From contig JAQXEZ010000001.1 of the NCBI GenBank assembly GCA_029250605.1, positions 2,498 to 66,497 on the forward strand: a stretch of DNA of 64,000 bases. The letters are read 5' to 3'. Position numbers and translations under genes: made by a program. The notes below the pieces were generated by a model. It saw only the letters and a program-made list of their open reading frames with translations, searched no databases and was not told the origin of the DNA. Source of the DNA: Candidatus Thalassarchaeaceae archaeon (GTDB taxonomy: Archaea; Thermoplasmatota; Poseidoniia; Poseidoniales; Thalassarchaeaceae). Shown here one piece after another: positions 27,601-35,770 of the stretch (positions are counted from its first letter, which is position 1; every line of letters starts with the position of its first letter).

Positions 27601-30353
27601 CCGACGCACATGCTTAGTGGGGTGCTGACGCTCTCGCTGGGACTAGTGCCGCTCGGTACGGCTAGTCTCGCCGTCACCTCCTTCATCTCACCAGGACCAA
27701 GGGAAAGTGCGCTAATCTCATCCCCCTTGGAGTCAAAAATTCTGAGGTCAGAGCCCCAATCGGTGCCATCCCATGATATCGCAATCTGCTCCTCAGCCGC
27801 ATTGCCGACGTTCTCAATCATCAACCAAGCCCTAGCATCTTCGGACACTAGTCCTAAACCGGTACTTTGAGCCGTCCCGTCAGGGCCTCTGAGTGACATC
27901 CCTCTGGTCCTGTTCGCTTCTATAGGGATGTTAGCGGATATTTCAGCAGACCCGTCATCATGAGAGAGTGTGAGGGCCAGGAAACCGGAATCGGAGCCCA
28001 GAGCTCCCGAGGGAGAGACGATTTTGAGAACCGGACTCCATAATTCATCTACTTCAATCTCTACTGAGATAATTCCCCCGGGGGTCTCGTCCACCCACGT
28101 CCACCCGTTTGGCAAGGAAGAATCGTCCACGTCTAGTGACCAAGTTCCTGCCAGCCTCCCCGTCGACCTAATTCCAAATTCTGCATAACCCTCGCTACCG
28201 GGGTCGATTCGCAGAGGCTCGGTCGGGATTTCGAATGATGCATTGTAAGTCGGGATAATGGAAAGTGTACGAACCTGGATATCGTTGTCATATCTTGTTT
28301 GGCTCAAGTTGAGATATGGGTCCAGAACTAATTCGAACGTGTGTTCTCCCAACCCCCCGCTCCATTCTAAGCTAAAAGATGAGAACGAACCCGAACCACT
28401 GGGCTCCACCGGAGTCATGGACGAAATTCCAGCCCCTCCAATCTTCTCCCCGTTAGCATATAGGGCCACGTCTACAACCTCGTCAGTCTCCGCCGTCCCT
28501 GCATTCTCGATGTAGACGGTCACTGTGACATCTTCTCCCGGATCTGGGGCACTGGGATTGAACTCGATCCCCCTGCCATCCGTCAATGGCCTTACGTCTG
28601 GCATTGCAGTTGAAACAACCATGCTACCAAGAACTATGTCGAGAGTCGCATCCCCATCAACATCTGCCAAGGAAGGGGATGCCCAAGTCCTATGTTCGAG
28701 CTCGATCTCGTCTGACCATTCTGAGTTAATTCCCGCAGGAGATCCCGTAGAACCATCGAAAGCCCAAAGTGACCTTCCATAGGAAACCAGTAACTCTGGC
28801 TCATCCTCGGAATCAATATCCATCCACGTGGGAGCAGCAACCGCAATCTCGTCGTTTGGATTGCCACTACTCTGCTCTAGGTCCTGAGCCCATTCTTGAT
28901 TAGGGGTGCTCCCCCCAACGTCATGGCATCCAGCAGCACCATGCCTATCCGTTGTTGTCTGCCACCATGTATTCCAGCATACTCTATCATGAGTCCCATC
29001 GCCATTGGTGTCAATCGCGGTAGGAGGAGCATCAGCGAAGCCATTGGATGCATCGAATTCCCACAATTGAGAACCATCGGAGATCTCCAACCCTCTGAAT
29101 TCAGCCCCATCTACCGCTGTTGAGCCATCAGCATCACTGGGAATTGTAATGATGATTTCTGGGTCCCCATCTGAATCTAGATTTGCGATAATGGGGCCGG
29201 GTAGTCTGATGTGAGGAGAATTCGTATCTCCATCCAGGTTGTTCAGCGACAGCCCACCTTGCCAGATCGAACTCCCAGTTTCTGAATCTATCTTCCAAAC
29301 CCACATCCCGCCATTGTTCGCCTCAATGGTGGTCAGAATCACGTAACCAGTGTCGTCGTCAACCTGGGCGAAAGCCGGGTCGGAGGGGTGACTACCTTTG
29401 CTCAGTGCTACTTCCCAAATTGAATTCGGAGTCCCATTAACCTGAAGCGGCAAAGCGAGGACAACGGGGTCTTCAGAAACCTCGTCTATAGCAGCGATGA
29501 CCAATTCAGCATCTCCATCTAAATCGATGTCGGCAAGCAGGGGTTGAGTAGTAGGCTTGTGACCGCCAAGAATCCCACTTGTATACGGCCCCTCGTCACT
29601 GCTAATCATCAGAGAGTCGTCATTCCATGACCAAAGCAACTCCTCCGAATGTCCTGAGTATGACCATCCTGTAACCGTGCATGAGAGCCTCGGAGACCAG
29701 GCATCTACGTTCAATGACCCTCCGGCATCATACGTGACTAGAATCTCGGCCTTCCCATCTTCATCGATATCCACTATCACCGGAGCTGCCTTTATTTTCT
29801 CAGTTTCTCCCAAATCAACCTGCCATGAGAGTTCAGAATCTTCTCCCTCAATTAGACGGAGTATGCTGTGATCCGATCCCGACACATCCTCTGTTTGGAC
29901 CAATATTGTGAACAGAGAACTCTCTCCGCACCTCTGTGCTGCTCCAGGCCCCACTTCGATAGAACCTGAGAAATCAGCAACTGGAGTTGCAAGAGAATCA
30001 GTCCCAATCGAGTATGAGCCATAGGCCCAATTCACAGATGGCTCCACAATCGACAGAAGCGATTCAGAGTCGGCAGGGTTTCCCGTACCCGATCCGCCGG
30101 ATGGGCCATGATTGGGGATGTCTGCAATCCTAGATGCGGTTCTACCAGACTGAGGCCAGGGTTGGTCCCCATCGACCCAAACTTCGTCCTCCTCTCCTTG
30201 CGTGCCCATTATTGCACCTAGATACTCTCCGAGGAATTCTTCTTTGGACGTATCCAAATTGGTGGTTGCCAGCGGAGTTGTTAGTAGAGATGCAACCACT
30301 ATGGCGCAAATCGCTTTCCGCCGCGACGCTTGCACTAAGGTTGCTGGCACCAT
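24699..30353 (-). CDS. Giant cell-surface protein: FG-GAP/VCBS-type beta-propeller plus multiple CARDB/Ig-like domains, a C-terminal TM anchor and an acidic tail
   Basis: 1884 aa. Signal ICAIVVASLLTTPLATT. Repeated Ca-binding blade motifs are present (DIDEDGKAEILV, DIDLDGDAELVI, NLDSDGDPEIII, DTNGDGTHDRV, DIDSEDEPELLV, DVDGDATLDIVL). There is a CARDB-like segment (GEDVTVTVYIENAGTAETDEVVDVAL...RYDNDI) followed by many beta-sandwich-like units. TM is LIVAILVVGMYLGISWIA, then RREGRR and an acidic tail. Confidence 0.8.
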   Translation of the reverse strand: MVPATLVQASRRKAICAIVVASLLTTPLATTNLDTSKEEFLGEYLGAIMGTQGEEDEVWVDGDQPWPQSGRTASRIADIPNHGPSGGSGTGNPADSESLLSIVEPSVNWAYGSYSIGTDSLATPVADFSGSIEVGPGAAQRCGESSLFTILVQTEDVSGSDHSILRLIEGEDSELSWQVDLGETEKIKAAPVIVDIDEDGKAEILVTYDAGGSLNVDAWSPRLSCTVTGWSYSGHSEELLWSWNDDSLMISSDEGPYTSGILGGHKPTTQPLLADIDLDGDAELVIAAIDEVSEDPVVLALPLQVNGTPNSIWEVALSKGSHPSDPAFAQVDDDTGYVILTTIEANNGGMWVWKIDSETGSSIWQGGLSLNNLDGDTNSPHIRLPGPIIANLDSDGDPEIIITIPSDADGSTAVDGAEFRGLEISDGSQLWEFDASNGFADAPPTAIDTNGDGTHDRVCWNTWWQTTTDRHGAAGCHDVGGSTPNQEWAQDLEQSSGNPNDEIAVAAPTWMDIDSEDEPELLVSYGRSLWAFDGSTGSPAGINSEWSDEIELEHRTWASPSLADVDGDATLDIVLGSMVVSTAMPDVRPLTDGRGIEFNPSAPDPGEDVTVTVYIENAGTAETDEVVDVALYANGEKIGGAGISSMTPVEPSGSGSFSSFSLEWSGGLGEHTFELVLDPYLNLSQTRYDNDIQVRTLSIIPTYNASFEIPTEPLRIDPGSEGYAEFGIRSTGRLAGTWSLDVDDSSLPNGWTWVDETPGGIISVEIEVDELWSPVLKIVSPSGALGSDSGFLALTLSHDDGSAEISANIPIEANRTRGMSLRGPDGTAQSTGLGLVSEDARAWLMIENVGNAAEEQIAISWDGTDWGSDLRIFDSKGDEISALSLGPGEMKEVTARLAVPSGTSPSESVSTPLSMCVGSGEEQECSQIQLEFVASRSVVQPSHIRSVPTQNLTWEILADLPEGDGHVNWSLADSEMAIQGWSWAGNGHLSVTGDVISLSGNPGSRVSGTLSLDLPEDARPSFHLFEGSGGTAGSESPLALSIEVLQIHRAGLEINSPTTQPFVVDVEDSNLVVLRLENPGNGDDAYSLSYELILDENITSDPGIEVSFSSNPVELGAGSLRTVPVSVTLSEDAPARIPISISFTMTSQGNDTVSEEEVVVFEVRQDHRWEIDLVKDGSPINGSTFLLSPGESKTMSINATNTGNLVDDLSLFVETQLLLIGSDSSQDWKANGSSSTGVAVNGTESLSISASVPEDSWNGSIMRVDVIADARNEVVMEFHFFVEVSRIPGWRISSSMADLEIDANGSSVEIEIIQEGNTPSTPFVSAYISGQNGWLIDGLNDLPEVEPGSSTTLAFNVTPPETATPSKTVELHIRVREGDSLGLMEITLPLRVSSEFNFSMEGSGPWIVSPLGGLPNAMVANTGNTPTTIEFQVLDLPPNWETRGAMRVVLGVGEVRGVPIEIVPDEDWSDDGESVRILAMDTIGNQREISLEAQFNEHSWESSPYLFSYEGDDALIRVHGTSENSILIDEVSGDQLEWGGMGWLLSAESTTNGSLTVDGGTTLSYSLTISKSEPRSAICSFSGGFEDVRASCSISNGSEVFEFQILLIGDDGVVLDSSFGILSENETAQSINLSGSDWNPDPGKRSIGIRLLDGKGALIISEEKMFDVRRSDWNVGIGVVELVGEGSSQKINIGTKRLNENVLVDADCTITMSAGDYFSEHVIDMTQAFVPAPKFDRPDVEDGTQLVVTIGCSFPWDMDSDPGDDETSLVLSGGSALEDKFDEFGTGLIVAILVVGMYLGISWIASNRREGRRLMALAQAAIDEKMSKNVPKGDNDESETPEETEQSFEDEVEEPDSDGVEFVRQGEVEDGDEYDQRLRRLLDR

Positions 30354-30593
30354 CAGAATCGGAGATGCAATCTAGAGTCCACTTGAACATTCGCACCAAA
30401 CCCACATTCAGACCTACGGTCTGATGGACAAACCAATTAGCCGGGCAAATCTTCCAATCCGTTGTGCTTATACAGGAGGGGTCGGTGGCCGGGTCGCACG
30501 GACCTCTCCTCCAGAGGCATGGCCGATGAGGGACGGGAGGCGACTCCCACCTCTGTCCGGCTTCAGGAAGGGTTCCGCATAGGAGGAAAAAGA

Positions 30594-31142
30594 ATGTACA
30601 CCCTTGAGACAAGAGAGTCAACTATCCGCATACCTGCAGAGTACATCCGCAGAGGCCGCAGATTAGAAGACCACATAGATGAGCTAGCTCACGATGCATT
30701 TGAGTGCAGGTTTGACGAGGATGAGAACTTCACACTATTGACTTTCGATCATGAGGCTGTCGGACGGGGAAAAATAATCCACGGAGATGGTGCTATTTAC
30801 CAGAATGTTCGATTCAAGGCGCTGGTTTTCTCGATGGACAACAATGAGGTTGTCGATGGAGCCGTTTCCGAGGTATCGGAGTACGGTGCCTTTGTGAGGA
30901 TTGGCCCCATGGAGGCCCTACTACACAAGTCTCAGATTCTTGACGAACCAATTCAGGTCAACTTGGGAGTTAAGAGGATAGAGGGCTCTCAGAGTGGCCG
31001 GAATCTGGAAGAAGGGTCATTCGTCAGATCAAGGATTGTTTCCAAGTCGATCAACCACAATGACCCCCGTTCAAGTAAGATCGGATTAAACTGCAAGATG
31101 GATGGGCTTGGCTCATTCGACTGGGTCGGAGGGGATGAATAA
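30594..31142 (+). CDS. rpoE: DNA-directed RNA polymerase subunit E' (Rpo7)
   Basis: MYTLETRESTIRIPAEYI is the typical Rpo7 start and is preceded by AGGAGG 8 nt upstream. The S1-like C-terminal half contains VSEYGAFVRIGPMEALLH. The track start 30462 adds 44 implausible residues. Confidence 0.88.
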   Translation: MYTLETRESTIRIPAEYIRRGRRLEDHIDELAHDAFECRFDEDENFTLLTFDHEAVGRGKIIHGDGAIYQNVRFKALVFSMDNNEVVDGAVSEVSEYGAFVRIGPMEALLHKSQILDEPIQVNLGVKRIEGSQSGRNLEEGSFVRSRIVSKSINHNDPRSSKIGLNCKMDGLGSFDWVGGDE

Positions 31143-31143
31143 C

Positions 31144-31362
31144 ATGGTCAAGCAACCATTCGCATGTGGGGAGTGCAACATGATACTCCCGGACCCTGAG
31201 AAGAAGGCAGATCCCCCTCAGTGCAATTACTGCCCCAGTGCCCCGGTGACCACTGACTGGCAGGGGCTTGTTGTGATAATGCATCCAGACCGATCAGAAG
31301 TCGCCAAGAGGCTCCAGATCGATAGGCCCGGAAGTTATGCCCTAAAGGTAAATATCAGGTAG
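31144..31362 (+). CDS. spt4: Transcription elongation factor Spt4 (RpoE'')
   Basis: 72 aa with a zinc ribbon CGEC...CNYC followed by W.G.VVI..P..S.VAK.L. It starts 1 nt after the rpoE' stop. Confidence 0.85.
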   Translation: MVKQPFACGECNMILPDPEKKADPPQCNYCPSAPVTTDWQGLVVIMHPDRSEVAKRLQIDRPGSYALKVNIR

Positions 31363-31370
31363 GTGGAAAT

Positions 31371-31733
31371 GTGGAAGTCATTGAGAGAAAGGAAAATGCA
31401 GTGCTTGACAGAGTTGAACTGACGTTCCAGTGGAATCACTCTGGAGAGTCCACCCCATCACTATCACAGATGGTAGATGCAGCAGCTAAGGCCGAACCAG
31501 GGGCCGATAAGAAACTGGTCTTCGTCAAGAATGTCAACACTAGGTACGGCATGTCCAGAACATCGGGGATGGCTCTGATATACGGTGCGACAGAGTCGGC
31601 GTCAATTGAGCCGGACTATGTCATTGAAAGGCACAAGTCATTGAATGAAACCGAATCAAAGGAGAAAAAGGCCGCGGAACCAGAACCCGCGGAACCAGAA
31701 CCCGAGGAAGTCGGAGAGGAGGATGAGGCTTGA
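31371..31733 (+). CDS. rps24e: 30S ribosomal protein S24e with an acidic C-terminal extension
   Basis: GTG start. ERKENAVLDRVELTF......VFVKNVNTRYGMSRTSGMALIYGATESA matches S24e. The tail is KKAAEPEPAEPEPEEVGEEDEA. Confidence 0.88.
   Translation: MEVIERKENAVLDRVELTFQWNHSGESTPSLSQMVDAAAKAEPGADKKLVFVKNVNTRYGMSRTSGMALIYGATESASIEPDYVIERHKSLNETESKEKKAAEPEPAEPEPEEVGEEDEA
31674..31703 (+). repeat. Perfect 2 x 15-nt tandem repeat inside the rps24e tail
   Basis: GCGGAACCAGAACCC occurs twice in tandem, encoding AEPEP AEPEP. Confidence 0.9.
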
Positions 31734-31915
31734 TGGGTGGTGCTGGAGAGAAGTGGAAGAAATCCAAGCCATCAAAATACTCCGTAGAAGGTGGAGAACT
31801 GGTCAGGAAGGGTACCGAGTGCCCCAATTGCGGACCTGGGGTTTTCATGGGCGAGCACAGCGATAGAAAGGTCTGTGGCAAGTGTGGTCATTCAATAACC
31901 GGCGACTCAGAATAG
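31733..31915 (+). CDS. rps27ae: 30S ribosomal protein S27ae
   Basis: C4 zinc ribbon CPNCG...CGKCG after KPSKYSVEGGELVRK. The ATG overlaps the S24e TGA by one base. Confidence 0.85.
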   Translation: MGGAGEKWKKSKPSKYSVEGGELVRKGTECPNCGPGVFMGEHSDRKVCGKCGHSITGDSE

Positions 31916-32841
31916 TCCTGGAAACCACTCCACGAGCCATCATTTGCCAATACCATCCCGTCTATTATGGCGATGCCCACATTTTCTCTTTCCGAAATAT
32001 CTACTCCCGAACTAGACAGGATACCATCTTGCCTCCATCCAGTCCATCTCCAGTCACCATTTTCGAACTCGGCATCCAATACCGGCCTTCCGGTTCTGTA
32101 GATTCGATGTTCTCCCTCAATTTTGTCCATTATTGCAATAGATCCCTCATGGAGCATCACAAACCATCCCCCATCATCAGAAAAAATTACTCCGGAAACA
32201 CTGTCGCCGAAGTCAATTACTCTGGAGAAAATCTCTAGGCCATTAGAGGGATCTAGAACCGACAACCCCCCTGCTTTGGACCAAATTGATATGCCTCCCG
32301 GAAATTCCACAATCCCGACTATCTGGTCGTAAGCGGAAATACTGGATATAGGAGGCCACCTAGGTAGCAAACCTCTCCAAACCTCAGTCGCCCGAGCGTC
32401 TATCATATAAATTCCTGAAATAGTGGCAAAAACCACATTTTCCCCAGATTTCCCCATCTTCATTGGTTCCGAGTCCATTACCCTGTGCCACAATGATTTG
32501 GAGGGGACTAAATCAGATCCCTTCTGGGAGTTAATCGCGGTACGCAACTCCTCCCTACTGGAACCGTCCCCCCACACAATATCGATAGGTAGAGCAGCCA
32601 TTCTAGCTTGCCTGAATTCCCTATCTAACCAAATCCCAAACCAGATCTGGTCTATAATCAAACCATCAATTATTGGAGTTGGAAATGGGGTTGAAACGGG
32701 TTGTAAGGCCTCCCCCTTTCGATTTATCTTCACTAGTTCCCCCTGAGTTCCAGACAAAATGTGGATATCACTGCCTCTGGAGATTCTAACAGGGGAAAAA
32801 TCGACCTCGCTCCCCCTCATAGGCCCCCGAAGAAGAACCAA
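31888..32841 (-). CDS. Hypothetical protein, possibly a beta-propeller fold
   Basis: 317-aa ORF rich in short repeated beta-strand-like segments with Gly/Trp/Asp turns. No signal peptide. Its 3' end overlaps the convergent rps27ae by 28 nt. Confidence 0.5.
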   Translation of the reverse strand: MVLLRGPMRGSEVDFSPVRISRGSDIHILSGTQGELVKINRKGEALQPVSTPFPTPIIDGLIIDQIWFGIWLDREFRQARMAALPIDIVWGDGSSREELRTAINSQKGSDLVPSKSLWHRVMDSEPMKMGKSGENVVFATISGIYMIDARATEVWRGLLPRWPPISSISAYDQIVGIVEFPGGISIWSKAGGLSVLDPSNGLEIFSRVIDFGDSVSGVIFSDDGGWFVMLHEGSIAIMDKIEGEHRIYRTGRPVLDAEFENGDWRWTGWRQDGILSSSGVDISERENVGIAIIDGMVLANDGSWSGFQDYSESPVIE

Positions 32842-32892
32842 CTATTGAAAGAGTACCTGAGAATATTGAAGATACAATCGCCCTCACAGGCC

Positions 32893-33834
32893 ATGGTCTC
32901 ACTGCTTCTTGCTTCCTCAGAAGACCCCGCCTCGATGAATATTCTGACGGAGTTAATGGGGATAGGGGGGTGGGGGGACCCACAAGAATTTGAACATGGC
33001 CAGGTTACTAGGCATTCGTGCGGAAATGTCGAGGCACTTCTGATTGATGATTTGCACATCTGGGCAGACGGGATTGATGCTACTCACTCATCGTTGACCG
33101 GATCAATAGTAGACGAGGTTTTAGTCCTCTCAAGACACGTTTCCGCATCAGAGACCCCTGCCCTGACCCTCCATGCAATAGGGGTTCCAGGTGAATTTCC
33201 ACACGGTGAAAAGGCTCGATCAGGAGGAATAACCGGTACGGCCGTCCCCCCTTCTACGAGATTCGGAGAATTATTCAGAAATATGTGCAGAATAGCCAAG
33301 GAAGAACATCTCGAAAATGAGTACGACCTCACTTTGGAGGCTACTCACCATGGTCCGGTTCTAGTAGTCCCCACGCTATATCTCGAAATAGGATCAACCT
33401 TAGAACAATGGGAAGATATCAGAGCTGCTAGGGTGTGGTCGAAGACAATCGCCATTTGTCTGGGGATGTCAGAACGCTCTTCCAAGACGGATTGGGATGG
33501 ATGTGGTAGTGTGATGATTGGTCTTGGAGGCGGGCACTATGCCCCTCGCCACAAAGCTGTGATCTCTGAATCAGATGTCTGGGTTGGTCACATCTTGGCT
33601 AACTATGCAATCGTCTTCGAAGAAGAACAGACGAACAGCCCCTTGCCACAGGGCCCGTGGGCTCACTCTGTTCGAACTGCAGTGGAGTCAACCAGGCTTG
33701 CATTCCCCGGAGGGGATATTTTCGCCCACTTAGATCGTAAGTCATTCAAGGGGTGGCAAAGATCCGCATTGGCCACTCTTCTTTCCGAACTTGGAGTGCC
33801 AGTCCTACGGGGAAAGCAAATTTGCCCCCCGTAA
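32893..33834 (+). CDS. dtdA: D-aminoacyl-tRNA deacylase, archaeal type (DtdA)
   Basis: LLLASSEDPASMNI, EATHHGP, YLEIGS..EQW and GLGGGHYAPRH...GHIL match the archaeal tRNA_deacylase family. ATG 32893 is preferred over the track start 32761. Confidence 0.85.
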   Translation: MVSLLLASSEDPASMNILTELMGIGGWGDPQEFEHGQVTRHSCGNVEALLIDDLHIWADGIDATHSSLTGSIVDEVLVLSRHVSASETPALTLHAIGVPGEFPHGEKARSGGITGTAVPPSTRFGELFRNMCRIAKEEHLENEYDLTLEATHHGPVLVVPTLYLEIGSTLEQWEDIRAARVWSKTIAICLGMSERSSKTDWDGCGSVMIGLGGGHYAPRHKAVISESDVWVGHILANYAIVFEEEQTNSPLPQGPWAHSVRTAVESTRLAFPGGDIFAHLDRKSFKGWQRSALATLLSELGVPVLRGKQICPP

Positions 33835-33865
33835 TCGTCAAGTCTCTAGCCACTCTGTGGTAGGC

Positions 33866-34843
33866 ATGGGTCTCTTCGGCCGAACCATCGTCACCTTCCT
33901 CCCCTTTGCTCCGAGATTCATTGTAGGATGGGTTGCTAAGAGATACACTGCAGGAGAAAACCTGGGCCAGGCACTTGAGTTGATGGGGGAACTCTCGTCG
34001 GAAGGTGCGTGCTTCACGATTGACGTTCTGGGGGAGGAGATCAAGTCCATCGATGAGTCATCATGGTTCATCAATGAGTATGAGTCTGTCATCGACTCAA
34101 TCGCGGATAGCGGAATCGATGCCAACATCTCAATCAAACCTACTGCCCTTGGCCTCCTTATCGACGAGAAATCAGCCCTCTCAAACATTGAAAGAATAGT
34201 TCGAAAGGCGGCGAAAGACGACATCTTCGTTAGGCTAGATATGGAAGATAACAGAGTTACTCAGGCAACAATAGATGCGGCAATATTAATTCAGAATCAG
34301 GGTCTAGAGAACATCGGTGTTGTCCTTCAGGGAAGGATGTTCAGAACTCCAGATGATATCTCGCGCATGAGTAAATTGCTGGGTGCAAAGTCGGATTTTA
34401 GAATTTGCAAGGGGATATACCTAGAACCTCCAGAAATCTCCTACACAAGCTACCGGGACATCGTAGATTCGACTAATCGTGCTATCGATCTGATGTTGGA
34501 TTCCGGTTCCTATACAGCAATCGCATCCCATGATATTCCAGTCATTGAACATGCCCTGAAATCACTAGAATCTCGCGGTCTGGGCCCCGGAAAGGAAGAC
34601 CCTCGCCACAATCCTCCAGTTCCGATGAGAAAAGGAAAGGGCCCTGGCTACGAATTTCAGTTCCTTTTGGGCGTGAGGGGGAACATCAGGAGGGATCTTT
34701 CCAAGAAAGGACATAGGACAAGGGTTTACTTGCCATATGGTGAGAAATGGTACGAGTATGGGATGCGCAGGCTCCGAGAAAATCCTGGAGTCGCAGTACA
34801 CGTCACTAAGTCGCTATTGATGCCTTGGACTAATCGAAGATGA
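33866..34843 (+). CDS. Proline dehydrogenase
   Basis: VRLDMEDNR, CKGIY, IASHD and the C-terminal YLPYGEKWYEYGMRRLRENP are typical of monofunctional PRODH. ATG 33866 is preferred over the track start 33791, which overlaps dtdA. Confidence 0.85.
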   Translation: MGLFGRTIVTFLPFAPRFIVGWVAKRYTAGENLGQALELMGELSSEGACFTIDVLGEEIKSIDESSWFINEYESVIDSIADSGIDANISIKPTALGLLIDEKSALSNIERIVRKAAKDDIFVRLDMEDNRVTQATIDAAILIQNQGLENIGVVLQGRMFRTPDDISRMSKLLGAKSDFRICKGIYLEPPEISYTSYRDIVDSTNRAIDLMLDSGSYTAIASHDIPVIEHALKSLESRGLGPGKEDPRHNPPVPMRKGKGPGYEFQFLLGVRGNIRRDLSKKGHRTRVYLPYGEKWYEYGMRRLRENPGVAVHVTKSLLMPWTNRR

Positions 34844-35709
34844 TGCAGGGTTTCTTACACAGAAACGCCTCGCAATGGATCGTGAGCGACCAGATTTTGA
34901 ACATCGCAGGATATCGATTCGTCAATCTTCATGACCGGGACGAATTACGTGACCCATTCATGGAGAGATGCACCTCCTTGGAACTCAGAGGAACTATTCT
35001 ATTGAGCCCCAACGGGATAAACTTCTCTCTAGCCGGCTCTGATGGATCAGTGAGCGATTTCATCGAATATCTGGAGTCGGACAAGAGATTCTCCGGGATT
35101 CCAATAAAATTCAGTCGCACGGACTACCAACCCTTCCGTCGCATGCTCGTAAAGAGGAAGAACGAGATTATCTCGCTAGGGATGCCTGAAATCAAACCAT
35201 CCGAATTTACGGGAGCATATATCAAACCAATTGAATTCAAGCATCTCATGGATGAAGGGGGGGATCTCCTGGTTTTAGACACGAGGAACGACTATGAGGC
35301 TCGGATAGGATCCTTCGAGGGCGCCCTTGAGCTAGGCATTCCTTCATTCAGGGAGTTCCCAAATGCTATCGAATCCCTGCCCGAGGCGTATAAGTCAAAG
35401 ACCGTAGTAATGTATTGCACCGGCGGAATCAGATGTGAGAAGGCATCCGCAGTCATGCTGAATGCTGGATTTGAGGATGTAAAGCAGCTTGAAGGTGGTA
35501 TCCTGGGGTATTTCGAAGAATGTGGAGGCTCATACTGGGAAGGGGATTGCTTCGTTTTTGATCAACGTGTTGCTATAGATTCTGATCTGAAAGAGACGGA
35601 CATTCAGATGTGCTTCAAGTGCCGTGAACCATTGTCATTGGATGAGCAGAACTCCGAATACTACGTAATCGGAGAACATTGCCCCTATTGCTCCTCTATT
35701 CGGCAATGA
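34840..35709 (+). CDS. trhO: Rhodanese-domain protein of the UPF0176 family (tRNA uridine(34) hydroxylase TrhO/YceA-like)
   Basis: The N-terminus ILNIAGYRFVNL, active-site loop MYCTGGIRCEKAS and the C-terminal Cys cluster CFKC...CPYC are present. ATGA overlap with the PRODH stop. Confidence 0.85.
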   Translation: MMQGFLHRNASQWIVSDQILNIAGYRFVNLHDRDELRDPFMERCTSLELRGTILLSPNGINFSLAGSDGSVSDFIEYLESDKRFSGIPIKFSRTDYQPFRRMLVKRKNEIISLGMPEIKPSEFTGAYIKPIEFKHLMDEGGDLLVLDTRNDYEARIGSFEGALELGIPSFREFPNAIESLPEAYKSKTVVMYCTGGIRCEKASAVMLNAGFEDVKQLEGGILGYFEECGGSYWEGDCFVFDQRVAIDSDLKETDIQMCFKCREPLSLDEQNSEYYVIGEHCPYCSSIRQ

Positions 35710-35770
35710 TGTCACAGTCCAATAGTCTTGGAACCGTCTGATTCAAGTCTGACCACTTCTCGAACGAATC

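Noticed and set aside
30354-30593. SRP RNA, RNase P RNA or a C/D-box sRNA in the rpoE' leader
   Set aside because: I could not find the SRP helix-8 motif (AGCAGCC-type loop with a GNAR tetraloop in the correct context), the RNase P GGAAAGUCC P4 motif, or correctly ordered C and D boxes. The only candidates are a CGAUGA and an upstream CUGAUGG in the wrong arrangement.
30142-30621. 159-aa minus-strand ORF, and the 44-codon upstream extension of the rpoE' ORF (30462-30593)
   Set aside because: Both are low-complexity, Arg/Pro/Gly/Cys-rich translations of a GC-rich intergenic leader. Rpo7 homologues start at MY.L, and an AGGAGG precedes ATG 30594.
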